From Carcharhinus longimanus (taxonomy: Eukaryota): a stretch of 64,000 nt of DNA. Within the stretch, counting starts at the first letter, position 1. Every line of letters starts with the position of its first letter. The stretch spans positions 64,930,420-64,994,419 of the forward strand of contig JASCQW010000061.1 in NCBI GenBank assembly GCA_030264375.1, read 5' to 3'. Of this stretch, positions 21,976 through 34,729 are shown piece after piece. Below the pieces are notes generated by a model. It was not told the DNA's origin. It saw nothing but the letters and a program-made list of their open reading frames with translations, and made no database searches. Both the position numbers and the translations under genes were made by a program.

Positions 21976-24900
21976 TATCCAATTTCTGCTTCATAAGCAA
22001 TTTAAGAAGTGGCATGAGTGGCCTAGGTTAGGTAATGCATCATGTGAAGGCTCAGACGTGCGGTACAATACCGTAGTAATGGCTTTTTAAGTGAAATAAT
22101 CGTTGCATGAGGGAAATCGGTAAAATGATCGTCACCCGTGCACAAAGCAAGGACTTGCGAGAAATTCTGATGGGCTCTTCAGCAGATAGGCTTAAGACTC
22201 TCTTCCTCCTTTCAAACCCATCATTTCGAAGGAAAGAGAAACATCTTTACAGGGAAAAAAATTTGGGAAGGCGTGACTGAACAAAATCTTGAATAACAAC
22301 ATATGGCGTGGATCTGAATTGTACTCTTCGACTTGATGGGAATTTGCATAATTCCCCTTTTCCCTAGTTATTTTTGAATCATTTATGAATGCTTAAAACT
22401 AGTCCCAGTTAGAAATGTTATAACCCCTTTTCTAAAAAAAAACCTTCCCTGCTTCTGTAAAGCAGCCACACAAAGAATGGGAGAATATAGTCCAGCCACT
22501 GGAATCCGGTTGACCGGTTTTAAAGGAAGAGTTGTCCATCCTGTTTTAATATTCAACATAGCTGTTTGTGCTCAGTCCCCAACCATATGCCTTAGACGAC
22601 GCTAAACGTGGTAGAATTGGAATGAATATTTTCTGCTCCACTTACTATCAAAAGATTAATCAGAACCTGTAACTTTTCAGGAAACATAACTGTGCCACAA
22701 AGCAATAGCACGGCAGCCGACACAGAAGGGTTCACTAGCCCGAGGCCAAATGAAATGTCTCTCAGCATTAGATTACANNNNNNNNNNNNNNNNNNNNNNN
22801 NNNNNNNNNNNNNNNNNNNNNNNNNNNNNNNNNNNNNNNNNNNNNNNNNNNNNNNNNNNNNNNNNNNNNNNNNNNNNNNNNNNNNNNNNNNNNNNNNNNN
22901 NNNNNNNNNNNNNNNNNNNNNNNNNNNNNNNNNNNNNNNNNNNNNNNNNATTGCGACACTGTTCATTGCCATAATTGGGTGTCTTTAATCAAGGGGTATA
23001 GTGAGGAGCAACACTGCCATTACTTTGTATTGTCCTCACTCTGCTGTCCATCACTCTGATTATGAATTACTCCCAGCCACAGGACTTTTTTGCATAATAA
23101 AGTAATTGGATAATGTTGAAGCAAGATTTGCTGCCGAGTATTTTATTGCTGTGCCCAGCTCTCAATAATTGTCGTTTTATTAATATCACTCTTACCCAAG
23201 TAAAACTGAACAAATCCTTGAAAAGGGATCCCATTTTAAATCCTATCGTCGTTACTCACACGAGTGACAAGACTTCAGTACTTTACAAATCAATACAGAT
23301 CGTCTAAGTTAAATGTACATCGGTCGTGTATGTTACAGGTTTGAACGGTGCTGATTGGACTGATAAAGTGCGAGTAATCCCAGATCCTCGTGTTTGACCG
23401 CAGTCATTACATGTACATTCGGCGAATACCGCAGGGAATTTACTGCAACAAAATAACAAGGGGACAGAAATAAACCAAACATTCTACTACAACATGAGAG
23501 CCGGAACAACATTTTTAAGTAAAACAAACATTTACCTCAAATGTTAACATTACCATGTTTAAACTTTGAAACATCACACACTTTGATAAAGTAGAATTCA
23601 AACAGAAATAAAAAGCCACATTTCATTTCATATTGTCAAGGTCGATATGTATTCAGTTGCGACCTTTTATAATCTTTAGCTGTTTTTGTTCTAGATGCTG
23701 GAGGTTCACAAGTACTTCACCGCTTCATCAAGGCACCAAAATCATGCATAGTCTCCAAATGAACACTTAAGAGACGCAATTGGGTTGTCGGATCATTACA
23801 CCATAGATGGCTGTATCTAAATGTGGCTTAGCCAATATTTATTTTTCTACTGTTGTGCTTTATTACTTTCACGTTGATTTTTTTTGTTTAATTTAAATCA
23901 CGAGAATATTTAAGCCTATTATTCCTTGGAGGATACAACAGAGTTCTTGGTCGAAGAGCGATTCTAATCCTATGGTTGTCCCAGCATGAGTGACATTGAC
24001 TTTCATAATGTAATGACTTATGAAAGATATAATCATGTGTTAAATTGAATCCTCCGTTTAACTGTTAATGGTGTGCTCAGGGCACATTTACGTATTAGAT
24101 GCTATGGTAACTAATTACTATACCGCTGGAAAAAAAGAGGCGATAATGCGCTTTTAGACTTTGAGAAATAATTACCACGTTTTGACGAGCCGCAGTTAAC
24201 ATCACTAGCGTTAGAATTGCAATGTAAAGGTAATGGATGTCAACGTTACTCTGTCTCCGTGCGAATATACTTTAGAGCTGTGACAATGAAGGAGAGATTG
24301 GCTTCCTGACCTCGAGACGCAGGCAGAGGCGTGGTTTATTACTATTAATAAAGGTCTAAACTATATAGACAAGGCACTGTTTACTTCAACAGACACTATA
24401 CACTTCCGTCTGATTGTCGAATGTGATAATCTTTCAATAGGCGCGCACAGACTTGGATATACAACCTCACGTGCAATTCTTTATGACAAAGCTAGTTATA
24501 AATTATAGTTGTATTGGCCATTTCACCACGTAGTATAAAACGAGCAGCTCTCTATCCATTTTCGGAGTTGTTCAAGGACATATTGTTTAAAACTTGATGC
24601 AACATTTCATTATGCCAAGCGAATAACTTCCCGCCACCAAACCCTATTCTTTGACAAAGCATCAGACCAGAGTTTATGTAACTTTTATTTTATGTGGAAA
24701 GAAATTTACAGCATTAATGGATTTTTATCCAAAAGAAGACATCTTAAGCACGAACTTGGAAAGTAACTAATTTGACATTACAACTGTTACAGCAACTGCT
24801 GAAAACGCGACAGGAATGTGGGCATGAAACACATTCTGCTAAGGTCCTGTGTTTATTTGAGCGAGAAGCTAAGGAATGTATGTTAATGTTAGATGAAGCT

Positions 24901-27900
24901 ATGTTTTTTTTCCAATTTTGTTTTATAATTGATTATGTTTTCACAGTAAGTCACATACTGTGAGAGGTACTGTATATAATTTGCTATCCGGTCTGCGCTT
25001 ACAGATGGAATTGATTGAGAGATTACTGTGGTTGATGTCATTATGGCTGCATGCCTTGATACAATTTGTCTCATTCGCCCAGTTCCATTTCAATCTTACC
25101 CACTATCATTAACGCATTGTTAGTCCGCTATAACACACTCAGATGCACCCATTCAGTCTAAAGTCTGTTAATTATTTTTTATTAATAGCCAATCAGAAAG
25201 GCTGACATGTTATGGGAAATAAAAAGCTGAAGTTTATGATCTGTGGCAAACATTTTATTATGACATTTTGAAAATTACATACTTGATAATCAAACGCTGA
25301 TCTGTAAAATACAAAATGTAATACAAACGATGGAGGGTATTTGGATAATGCATTCAGAGCAACATCATAAGGATATTTTAATTCAGTTTATTAATACAGT
25401 CAGCATTAACAAGTTATAAACTTCTGTACAAAATAACTACTCTTCATCTCCTGTTTCCTGAGCTAGTCACCTGGATAATCAAATTCCTGTAACAATTTCC
25501 AAAACTATTGGTACACTGAAGCATAAAATGAATCATTACAGCTATAGATCCCTGACCAATTATCAGGAACAGTTAAATACTAAGTTCAAAATGGCTAAAC
25601 TATCTTAGGACAGTAGGTTGTATTCTATTAGACAACAGCATATACTGACAAGAAATGGTTAGCAGTCTTGTAATATAATTTATTAAAAAAGATGAATCAT
25701 TTAATTCTTCAATAATAAAAGCATCGCAGGTTCATTCCTAGATATATTCAAATATTAGCAAAGAAGTGTTGATCTATCCCAAATTATCAATAATTTTATA
25801 AATTCAAACTATGGTTAACTTCCGTTGTGATCTCCTTCAAACACAGCATAATTTTGTCACATTGACACAATTAAAAATACTTATTGTATAATCGAAATAT
25901 TTACAGATGTAGAGGAAGGCTGAAGTAACTAGTTCTGAAAAGTCTTTTAAGTCTATATAGAGTTTTCCAGTGGAGGTTAGGCATAGCTACTGAAGGAAGG
26001 TATTAGTGAAATGTTTCTTGATCTATTCTAGCTGATTTGAATTGGTCCTCACTTTCTTTATAAATTTAAAAATATCCATTAGTTCCAAGCCTTTCAATTG
26101 TTTGCTTGTGTTTAACATATTATTACTGTGACTTACAGAAGCTTTCATTTATCAGAGTAGTACAAGTTTTGGAGTTAAAGCTTTGGTCTCTGAAATACTT
26201 TGTAAACACAAGCTGAGCTATCTTTCCAAATCTACTCTCTTGAAGAAATATTTTGTTTAAGTTAATGGTGTCCGGCAAAAGTATTGCTGGAATATAAAAA
26301 TTAAGAAATCAAATTATAGATTTTTAATCAAATTTGTTTTGTTACAATGGTTATTCTGTAGTGAATTTTATAAATGTTTACCAATAAGAAAAGATCAGGT
26401 AAATGTGGTTTTGCAAAATAATGATTAATAATTATACTTAATAATTCTAAATAGCCAAGGAAAGCAGTTGGGATTGTAATACAGATCTTGACACTAGCTT
26501 GAGTAGAACTCATCTGCTTCAAACTCAGTTTGAAATCAATATCATCACAAGGAAGCTTTATCCATTTTTGAGTCTATTTTGCACAATTGAAAATTCAGAA
26601 CAAGTCAGAGTTAATGACTGTAGTGTAGACAAAGCTTCATCAAAAAAACAGACAGTTACATATAGAAATGTGAGGGTTTTAGTACCTTGAATTATTTCAA
26701 TGTTTAGGAGATGAACTATGGGAAGCAGATATTGGAACATTTGCATCGACCTGATATATGATACTTGTAAAAAGCCACTACTCTAATTAAAAGTCTCAAA
26801 CCCTTGAAACTACATAAACAGGTTCTGTCTGCCTGCTACCCAGTGTTCAGGCTATTTCAGAAGAGAACTTAGATGCAGTTTGGCAAGGATCAAAGAACTC
26901 CCAGGTATGTATAATTGTGCCCTAACATTTAACTGATAACACTGTACATTTTACCAGGATGGATAGATCATTCCTGCTCGTCCAACTACATACAGCCACT
27001 TCACTTCAAATGTAATTAATTTTATGAAGCACTTTAAAATGGCAATCTATGAATGCAAATATTATTTAACTAGGACCACAATACCCATTAACAACTGCCT
27101 CGCAGGGCAATCTGAGGCCAAGTGGCAAGAACTCCTGCTCCAAAGATAGGGCTACCCCTTCAATCAATGTGCCACATTAGCTGTTCAATCATCAACATTA
27201 TCCAGAAATACTGAGACCTGCTTGCCTCAGATTTTGAATTGCTTTGTCTGTCACCCAGGTTCAATGATTTACAAATATTCTATCATGGGGTGCATCATCT
27301 TGTTGCCTGCTCAACCCATAGAACACCAATAACCATTCATTCAAATGAAGCAGTCTTTAGTTAGTCATTAAGCAACTGTCTGCCACAGGTCTGAGCCCAT
27401 TAGGAGGATGTTGGGTAGCAGGGGTGGTATAGTGCAAAGTACAATTCATAAGCTGTGAATGCATTGCAATCACAATCAGACTCCACAATGGACAATAACT
27501 ATACTGACTGAACAGTGTTACTGTCAGTTGGAAACTTGCAATTTCAATAGAAATTGCTTACTTCTTTGCAACCCATAAAGCTAACTACCAAACTCTGGTT
27601 ACACGCTTCAACTGTATGGAGTAAGACCAGCTTTTTACACTCCATTTAATCAGAATTACAGTAAATTATTTTAAACAATGATATAGATTCAGAATTTTCT
27701 CGGCGTTTCTCCCATTCTGCTGCTGAAGAGTGGCAGAATCCTTACTTATAGCCACAAATAGGATTTCTGTCTTCCTTTCCATGGGTTAAGAGGTGGAATG
27801 GATACAATGCTAAGGAAATTTGATGCACTCTCTCCCACTTTAAAATACAATTACTTCCTTATCTGTTATTTTATGTTTTATTTAAAAAATTGTCATTAAA

Positions 27901-28739
27901 GATGGATAAGTGACTTTCAGGTCTCCACAGATATAACCCAGGTGCTCTAAGACACACAATATCCTTCAATAATACCCTCCCAGCCTCATTGAAACTATTT
28001 GGGGAACTGTGATCTTAAACATGTCTCTTTGGTTTTTGTGGTATAGACGTATGCACCTAAAGCCCAAAAAGCTCAGAACTTCTTATTTAATTATCTTTAT
28101 TTCAGTAATCCATACCTGTAATATGTAAACTTTATTGCCTATAAAATGAGTCTTATAACTTAGATAAAAATAATGTCACATGATTATTCTTTACTTAGGA
28201 AAGAAAGGTCTGCAGTTATGCCATTCTTTTGCCGCTGATTGGAGGTAAATGCTATGACAACACAAGAGGCCCAGATATATGAATACACAATATGTTGATC
28301 ATTAATTAAACAGAGAAGAGTGAATAATTTAATTACATTAATTAATTTTCCAATTAGCATTACTTAACGTCAAGATTGTCCCAAAACATCTTTGAAGATT
28401 TCATTGGGTTTACCTTACTGATAACCTCTTTGTTAATAGTTGGTTCAATTAAAATGTTAAATAATAGCTTTGTATAGGACTGTCAATCAGTACCATAGCC
28501 TAAAATCTCTTCATATTTGTGTAAGGTGAGGGAAAAGTGTATACTTTGCCGTGAAAAACATGCAATATATAGACACAACTACTTACATTGGTAGAGATGA
28601 GGTTTCCAATAGCCTCCTCATTATATTATTAAACTAATAATCCTAACAGTTGGATTATTAAATCCAGAAAATATTTAAAAGCAGTTTAAGAAAAAACGGA
28701 AAATAATATGAGACATTAATATGAAAAAGCTCATATTAA

Positions 28740-28955
28740 TAAAAGTGACCATGGAGTTGCCTGGTTGTCATAAAGGTCAGTTGGTTGACTGATGTGAACT
28801 CATGGCCTACATGTGACTTGCTTCCTAAACCCATTTACTGTCTTTTGAAGTGGCCTAACAAGGCATGCAGTTGTATTACCATCTTCTCAGAGCAACTAGC
28901 AATGGACTGTATGTGCTAAATTGTAATGACACCTACATCCTGGGAATAAATAAAA
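28740..28955 (+). mobile_element. tRNA-headed SINE family 2, old partial copy
   Basis: ggcctacatgtgact...tgaagtggcctaacaagg...ccatcttctcagagcaactagcaatgg...acacctacatcc. Confidence 0.55.
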
Positions 28956-30110
28956 CAAGAAGTGCTATTAATACCACAATGCTAGGAAAAAAGAGAGTTA
29001 AAGTAGTTTGCTTTACATAGCAAAATAAAGCTCTAAAATAATGTTTTAAAATATTCCTGTCTATAAAATTTATGATATAAATAAAAACTATTGATTTCTC
29101 CAAATGGGTACCTGGTGTAGATAAACGCTTAAGCACCTTGTCTTACGGTTAACAAATGATTCAGAGAATTTGGTTGCCCTTAGGTACAAATTCACTTGCC
29201 TCTTTGATAATATTGATAACATATATATGGCATTTATATTCAGGTTTGTTTCTGACAATTCCACAACACAAAAGGAATTACTTTCATTATTAGAAAAAAG
29301 TCCTGAACAAATAGCACTTTTTGTGTTAATGTGTGATGCAATGGTTCACTGCACAAGGTGATAAACGCTAAGTGAAGTGGATAGGCTTTCTATAAATTGA
29401 TAGTGTGCAGTTAGTGTGCCGATATTATTGGCTGTTCAGTAAAGATGAGTGTAAAATGGGCAATTACCATCAGAATGCATCTTATTCTGTGTTAAAATAA
29501 TATTTGAAGTTGAGGGGAGGGGGGAACAGTGAGCACTGTAATGTGCAGAAGATTCAGTCATCAGTTCTTGAAGGAAATTTGATCAANNNNNNNNNNNNNN
29601 NNNNNNNNNNNNNNNNNNNNNNNNNNNNNNNNNNNNNNNNNNNNNNNNNNNNNNNNNNNNNNNNNNNNNNNNNNNNNNNNNNNNNNTTAAAATAAAGAAG
29701 CATTTTCAGAATATCTCAATTATGAATATGCAAATTTCTAAATATATTTGTAAGACAAAATACATGATCACTAAAAATAGTTCTTAGATGAACATAAAAA
29801 TGTTATCAATTTCATCAAGGAGACAAGTGAATCTGTGTCTAAGAACTATCTAATTCTTGCAGCTCCTTTCACAATGTTCTTGTACAATTTATCTACTGCT
29901 TTATAACTTGTCTCTTCCTCCAAAATAATTTATCTTATTTTTAGCCTTGTTCTGATATTACATTGAAACACTATTATTCTGTATTTAAGAAACAGAATTG
30001 AGAAACAAGGAGTTTAATTTTACCCCACATAGAAGTGAGATATTCATGTAACTTTAATATTCTAGTTTCCTATTACTGTTACAGGAAATTAAAAAGTAAG
30101 TTCAAATGTG

Positions 30111-30622
30111 GAATAAAAACAGAATATGCTACAAATATTTTTAAGTTTGTTTATTAGTGTTACAAGTAGGCTTACATTAACACTGCAGTGAAGTTACTGT
30201 AAAAATCCCCTAGTTGCCATATTCCAGTGCCTATTCAGGTACACAGAGAGAATTTAGAATGGTCAATGCATCTAACCAGCACATCTTTCAGACTGTGAGT
30301 GAAAACTGGAAAATCTGAAGGAAACCCACACAGATGTGGGGAAAATATAGAGACTCCACAGAGTCAATGACCAAGGCAGGAATCAAACCTGGGTGCCTAG
30401 CATTGTAAGGCAGCAGTATTAACCATTGCACCACTGTGCCACCCATGTGGCAGCATCTGTGGAGAGAAAAACAGAATTAATGTTTTGAGTTGAATATGAC
30501 TTCTTTAGATGAAATAGGGTCATTTGACTCAAAACATTAACTCTGTTTCTCTCTCTACAGATGATGACAGACCTGCAGAGTATTTCTAGCACCTTCTCTT
30601 TTTATTTCAGATTTCCAACTTC
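30111..30622. mobile_element. Fold-back element made of inverted Penelope-type termini, interrupted by a SINE
   Basis: Arms 30448-30500 and 30519-30569 are reverse complements around an 18-nt loop. The outer arm starts at ~30111 (aataaaaacagaatatgct). Confidence 0.7.
30140..30444 (-). mobile_element. HE1-like V-SINE, type B tail
   Basis: Reverse complement of the head, core and type B tail, nested in the fold-back element. Confidence 0.85.
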
Positions 30623-31234
30623 CACAAGACTTGGCTTTTATTAATTTAAAATGTGATATATCCACCCAGAACTGGGAGAAACATGTACAGGAAAGAACTA
30701 CTTGGGGAGCAAGCTCAAGTAGTGGCGCTGCTTCCTTTGAACAGCCAATAATTAAGGCAGCTAAGGATAAAAGGCAAACTAGGAATAATGGATGATCCCA
30801 ACAAAATTTATCCTTGCCCCCACTGTAAAAAGCAACACAGGCTAAATTCAGTCCTGACAGCCACTTTAAAATGGACAATGAATGATTATACTCACACAAG
30901 AATCTATCATCTTCAATGACAAATAGAAATGGATGATGATGAAGTTAAAAAGTGGGCATTCAGAAGAAGGAATGGACAAGTTTCCAAGAGTGACAAACAT
31001 AATTGAACAAAAAGATGGAAAGTTCTTTTTCTAAATTGACCTAAGTTTCCTCCATTAATTTTGCTCCCTCCAGGTGATCATATAGCTGCTGGGTGGAAGG
31101 CAAGAATTAAAGTCATGGGCGGTGCAGCTGGTTTTATTTGTCTTTTTCAATGTCTGAAGAGCCATTGCAAACAATATGAACAGAATATATTTATTTGTGT
31201 GCATTTTTTGTGCTTATTCATTATTGTTTATGTA

Positions 31235-32020
31235 CATATGAACTTACGAATTAGAAGCAGCAGTAGGCTATTCAGACCTTCAGAACTGCTCTGATGATAA
31301 TGGCTAATCTGATTGCGGCCTCAACTCCATTTTCCTGCCTNNNNNNNNNNNNNNNNNNNNNNNNNNNNNNNNNNNNNNNNNNNNNNNNNNNNNNNNNNNN
31401 NNNNNNNNNNNNNNNNNNNNNNNNNNNNNNNNNNNNNNNNATATACAGCCCCGAACCTACTCTGCCACACCATAAAATCATTGCTGATCTGATTGTGGCC
31501 TGAACTCCATTTTCCTGCCTACTCCCTATATTCTTTCTCTCTCATGTTAGTCAAAAATCTATTTAACTCTGCCTTAAAAATATTCATTGACCCTACCTCC
31601 ACTGCTCTCTGAGAAAGACAATTCCACAGATGCATGATCCATGAGAGAAAATTTTTTTCCATACCTCCACCTTAAATGGGAAACCCTAGTTCCAGTCTCT
31701 CCCATAGAGAAAATGTCAAGTCCCCTCAGGATCTGATATGTTTCATTAAGATTACCTCCCAGTCTTCTAAACTCCAATGGATAGAGATCAAACCTGCCCA
31801 ACTTTCCTCGTAAGATAACCCCTTCATCCTAGGCATCAGTTGAGTGAACAGTCTATGAATTGCTTTTAATACAATTATATCATTTCTAAATAAAGAGACA
31901 AAAACTGCACAGTACTCTCAATGTGGTCTTATCAAAGCCCTGTACAATTGTAGCAAAACTTCCCTACTTATATATTCTGTCCTCTTGTAATAAACAGCAA
32001 CAACCATTTGCCTTCCTAAT
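31235..32020 (-). mobile_element. CR1 LINE 3' part with duplicated terminus
   Basis: LYPLEFRRLGGNLNETYQILRGLD on the minus strand. The terminal segment appears on both sides of the gap (31303-31340, 31483-31520) in diverged form. Confidence 0.8.
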
Positions 32021-32231
32021 CATTCTTCCCTCCCTTAAATTGGATACAAAATTCAATCATGCAATGTTAGCCACTTCCAAGGAGTGTCTTTACTATGAAG
32101 TCATTAATTCATCTTGTCTTATTGCTAATACCAGATCTAGGACAGCCTGCTTTCTGAAATAAGAACAGAAAATGCTGGAAACCTTACCAGGACTGGCTGC
32201 ATTTGTCAAAAGAGAAACAGAATTCATGTTT

Positions 32232-32445
32232 ACCATGGCTAACTCATCTTTCCTACACACCTTTGGGCATTAAGGGGCAATTTAGCATGGCCAATCCATC
32301 TGACCTGCCTGGAGGAAATTGTAGCATCCGCAGGAAACCCATGCAGACACAGGGAGAATGTGCAAACTACACACAATCACCCAAGGCCAGAATTGGACCT
32401 AGGTCCGTGGTGCTGTGAAGCAGCAATGTTAACCACTGTGCCACC
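32232..32445 (-). mobile_element. HE1-like V-SINE, partial
   Basis: Head and core reverse complement, inserted in a Penelope-type terminus starting at ~32160. Confidence 0.75.
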
Positions 32446-33299
32446 TCTTACAGCCATGTCTCTATAAGGATTATTAGATCAGATATATTTATTTCTATTT
32501 GTACTGTCAATTCATTCATTTTGTTCTGAATACAACATATGTTCAGATACAGAGCCTTTAGTTTTGTCTTTTTACTAATTTGCAATCTCAAGCCCTAACT
32601 GAAGGCACGCTTAAACTTGTACTGACTGTCCCTTCCTCCCACACCCTGATCATCATTATCCTTTTGCTATCTTGCTCTTTTACCGTTTTCTCCCTTTAAT
32701 TTATCATATCTTCCCTCACTTCATTCCTCTCCCCCATTAATTAGTTTAAAACCCTCTCTACTACCTTAGTAATAAGACCTGTCAGAATATTGGACAGCAC
32801 AGGTGAACACCACTCCAATGGTCCTTAAATTAAAACCCATTTCTCCCACGTTAATCTTGGAGCCATGCATTCAACTCTCAAATCCTATTTACCTAATGCT
32901 AATTTCTCATGGCTCAGGTAACCATCCAGACATAATTACCCTTGAATTTTGCTTTTTAATTCAAACTACTCATACTCCCTCAACAGAACTTCTTTCCTTG
33001 TCTGACCTATGTTATTGGTACCTAAATGGACTATGACAACATGGTGTTCAGTACGCCACTGCAAGTTCATCTCTGACTGAGAACAGATGTTCTGAACCCT
33101 GGCACCAGACAGAGAGCAAGTTCTAGATTCTCACTTTATCCTGTCTATCCTCCTGACTATACTGTCCCCTACTACCACTTCATTCCTATTAACTCCTCTG
33201 CTTGAATGATTTCCTATACTACAGTGCCACGGTCAGTTCACTCATCTACCTAGCAGCTCTCATCTATACAACCTGAAAGAATCTCAAAATGATTTTACG

Positions 33300-33930
33300 G
33301 GACAGAACTCCTGTTTTGACAAATTTACTAGAGTTTTTTGAGGATGCAACTTATAGGGTAGATAATGGGGAACCGGTAGATGTAGTATACCTGAATTTCC
33401 AAAAGTAATTTGATCAAATACCACACAAAAGATTATTTTACAAAATAAGGGCTCATGGAGTTGGATAATATATTAGCAAGGGTAGAAAATTGGTTACTCA
33501 ACAGGAAGCAAGGAGTTGGCATAAATCAGGCATTTTCAAGTTAGGTGTGACTTGTGGAGTGCCACAAGGATCAGTGCTGAACCTCAGCTATTTACAAACT
33601 ATATTGACTTTAATGATGATGACAGAGGGTAATGTATTCGGGTTTGTTGATGATACAAAGATAATTGGAAATATAAGTTATGGGAAAGGCACAGAGATTC
33701 TAAATTATATAGCCAGGTTAAATGAATGGGCAACAAGGTGGTAGATGGAATATAACACAGGAAGTACAAAGCTATTCACTTTGTCATAAGAATAGCAAAA
33801 CAGAATATTTTTGGAAAGTATAAACATTGTAAATGATTTTCAGAGAGACTTGGGTGTGCTTGTGTGATGTAACATGCAGGTATAGCAAACAGTTAGGGAG
33901 GCAAATGGCATATTGACCTTTAAAAAAACA
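33300..33930 (+). mobile_element. CR1 LINE reverse transcriptase fragment
   Basis: TNLLEFFED..VDVVYLNFQK, GVPQGSVL and GFVDDTKI motifs. Confidence 0.85.
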
Positions 33931-34469
33931 TATAAAATAGTGAGACTTTGAGAAGAGCAGGGCCTCAAACAACAAGACTTCAAGGAGAATGGGCTTAGAA
34001 AAACATGAGAAATCAAGAAGAATGTGGCTGGGACTTTCTGTGCCCAATCAGGAAGGACATGCTTGATTGCAAAATATCATGAGAAAGCTCTAGGCATTCT
34101 TCCAGTGACATAAAACCAGGAACCAATTGTTCCCTACCACCATCAAATTTTGTGAAAGTTTTTATGATGCATTTACATCTCATTATTGTGGCCACATGCC
34201 CCATATCAAATTTCATTGGCGTGAAAGGAGAATGGTGTGATTTACAATTCCTTTTAAAAGATGTGTAGCTGACAACCCAAACTTTCAGGGTAACTCAGAG
34301 CTCACACAACTCAGCACAGGACTCACTAGGATACCTGACAGAAATGAAAGGTAGTGACGCCGTGGATTCAGGGGACATCACAAGCAAGTCTCCAGTACGG
34401 CTTCTTTGTGGCTGGCTTTTAATATGGTGTGAATGCAAGGGCTCCAATGTATGGGGCGTGCAACCTTGC

Positions 34470-34635
34470 ATTAAGTTGATCTTTCTCTACACCCTACAGC
34501 TATGACTGTAACACTACATTCCGCACTTTCTCCTTTCCTTCTCTATGTACAGTATGCTCTGTCTGTATAGTGTACAAGAAACAATACTTTTCACTGTATA
34601 CTAATATGTGTGACAATAATAAATCAAATCAAAAA
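34470..34635 (+). mobile_element. LINE 3' end, probably Rex1/Babar clade
   Basis: Ends tacttttcactgtatactaatatgtgtgacaataataaatcaaatcaaa. The clade assignment comes from remembered tail style. Confidence 0.5.
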
Positions 34636-34729
34636 CAAGGGAACCTCAGCACAAGGACTCCAGTGTGTGCGTTACTCAAGGAGAAAGTTGCATCATCTGT
34701 GTCCAGCTATAGAAGTTAAAGTAACACCA

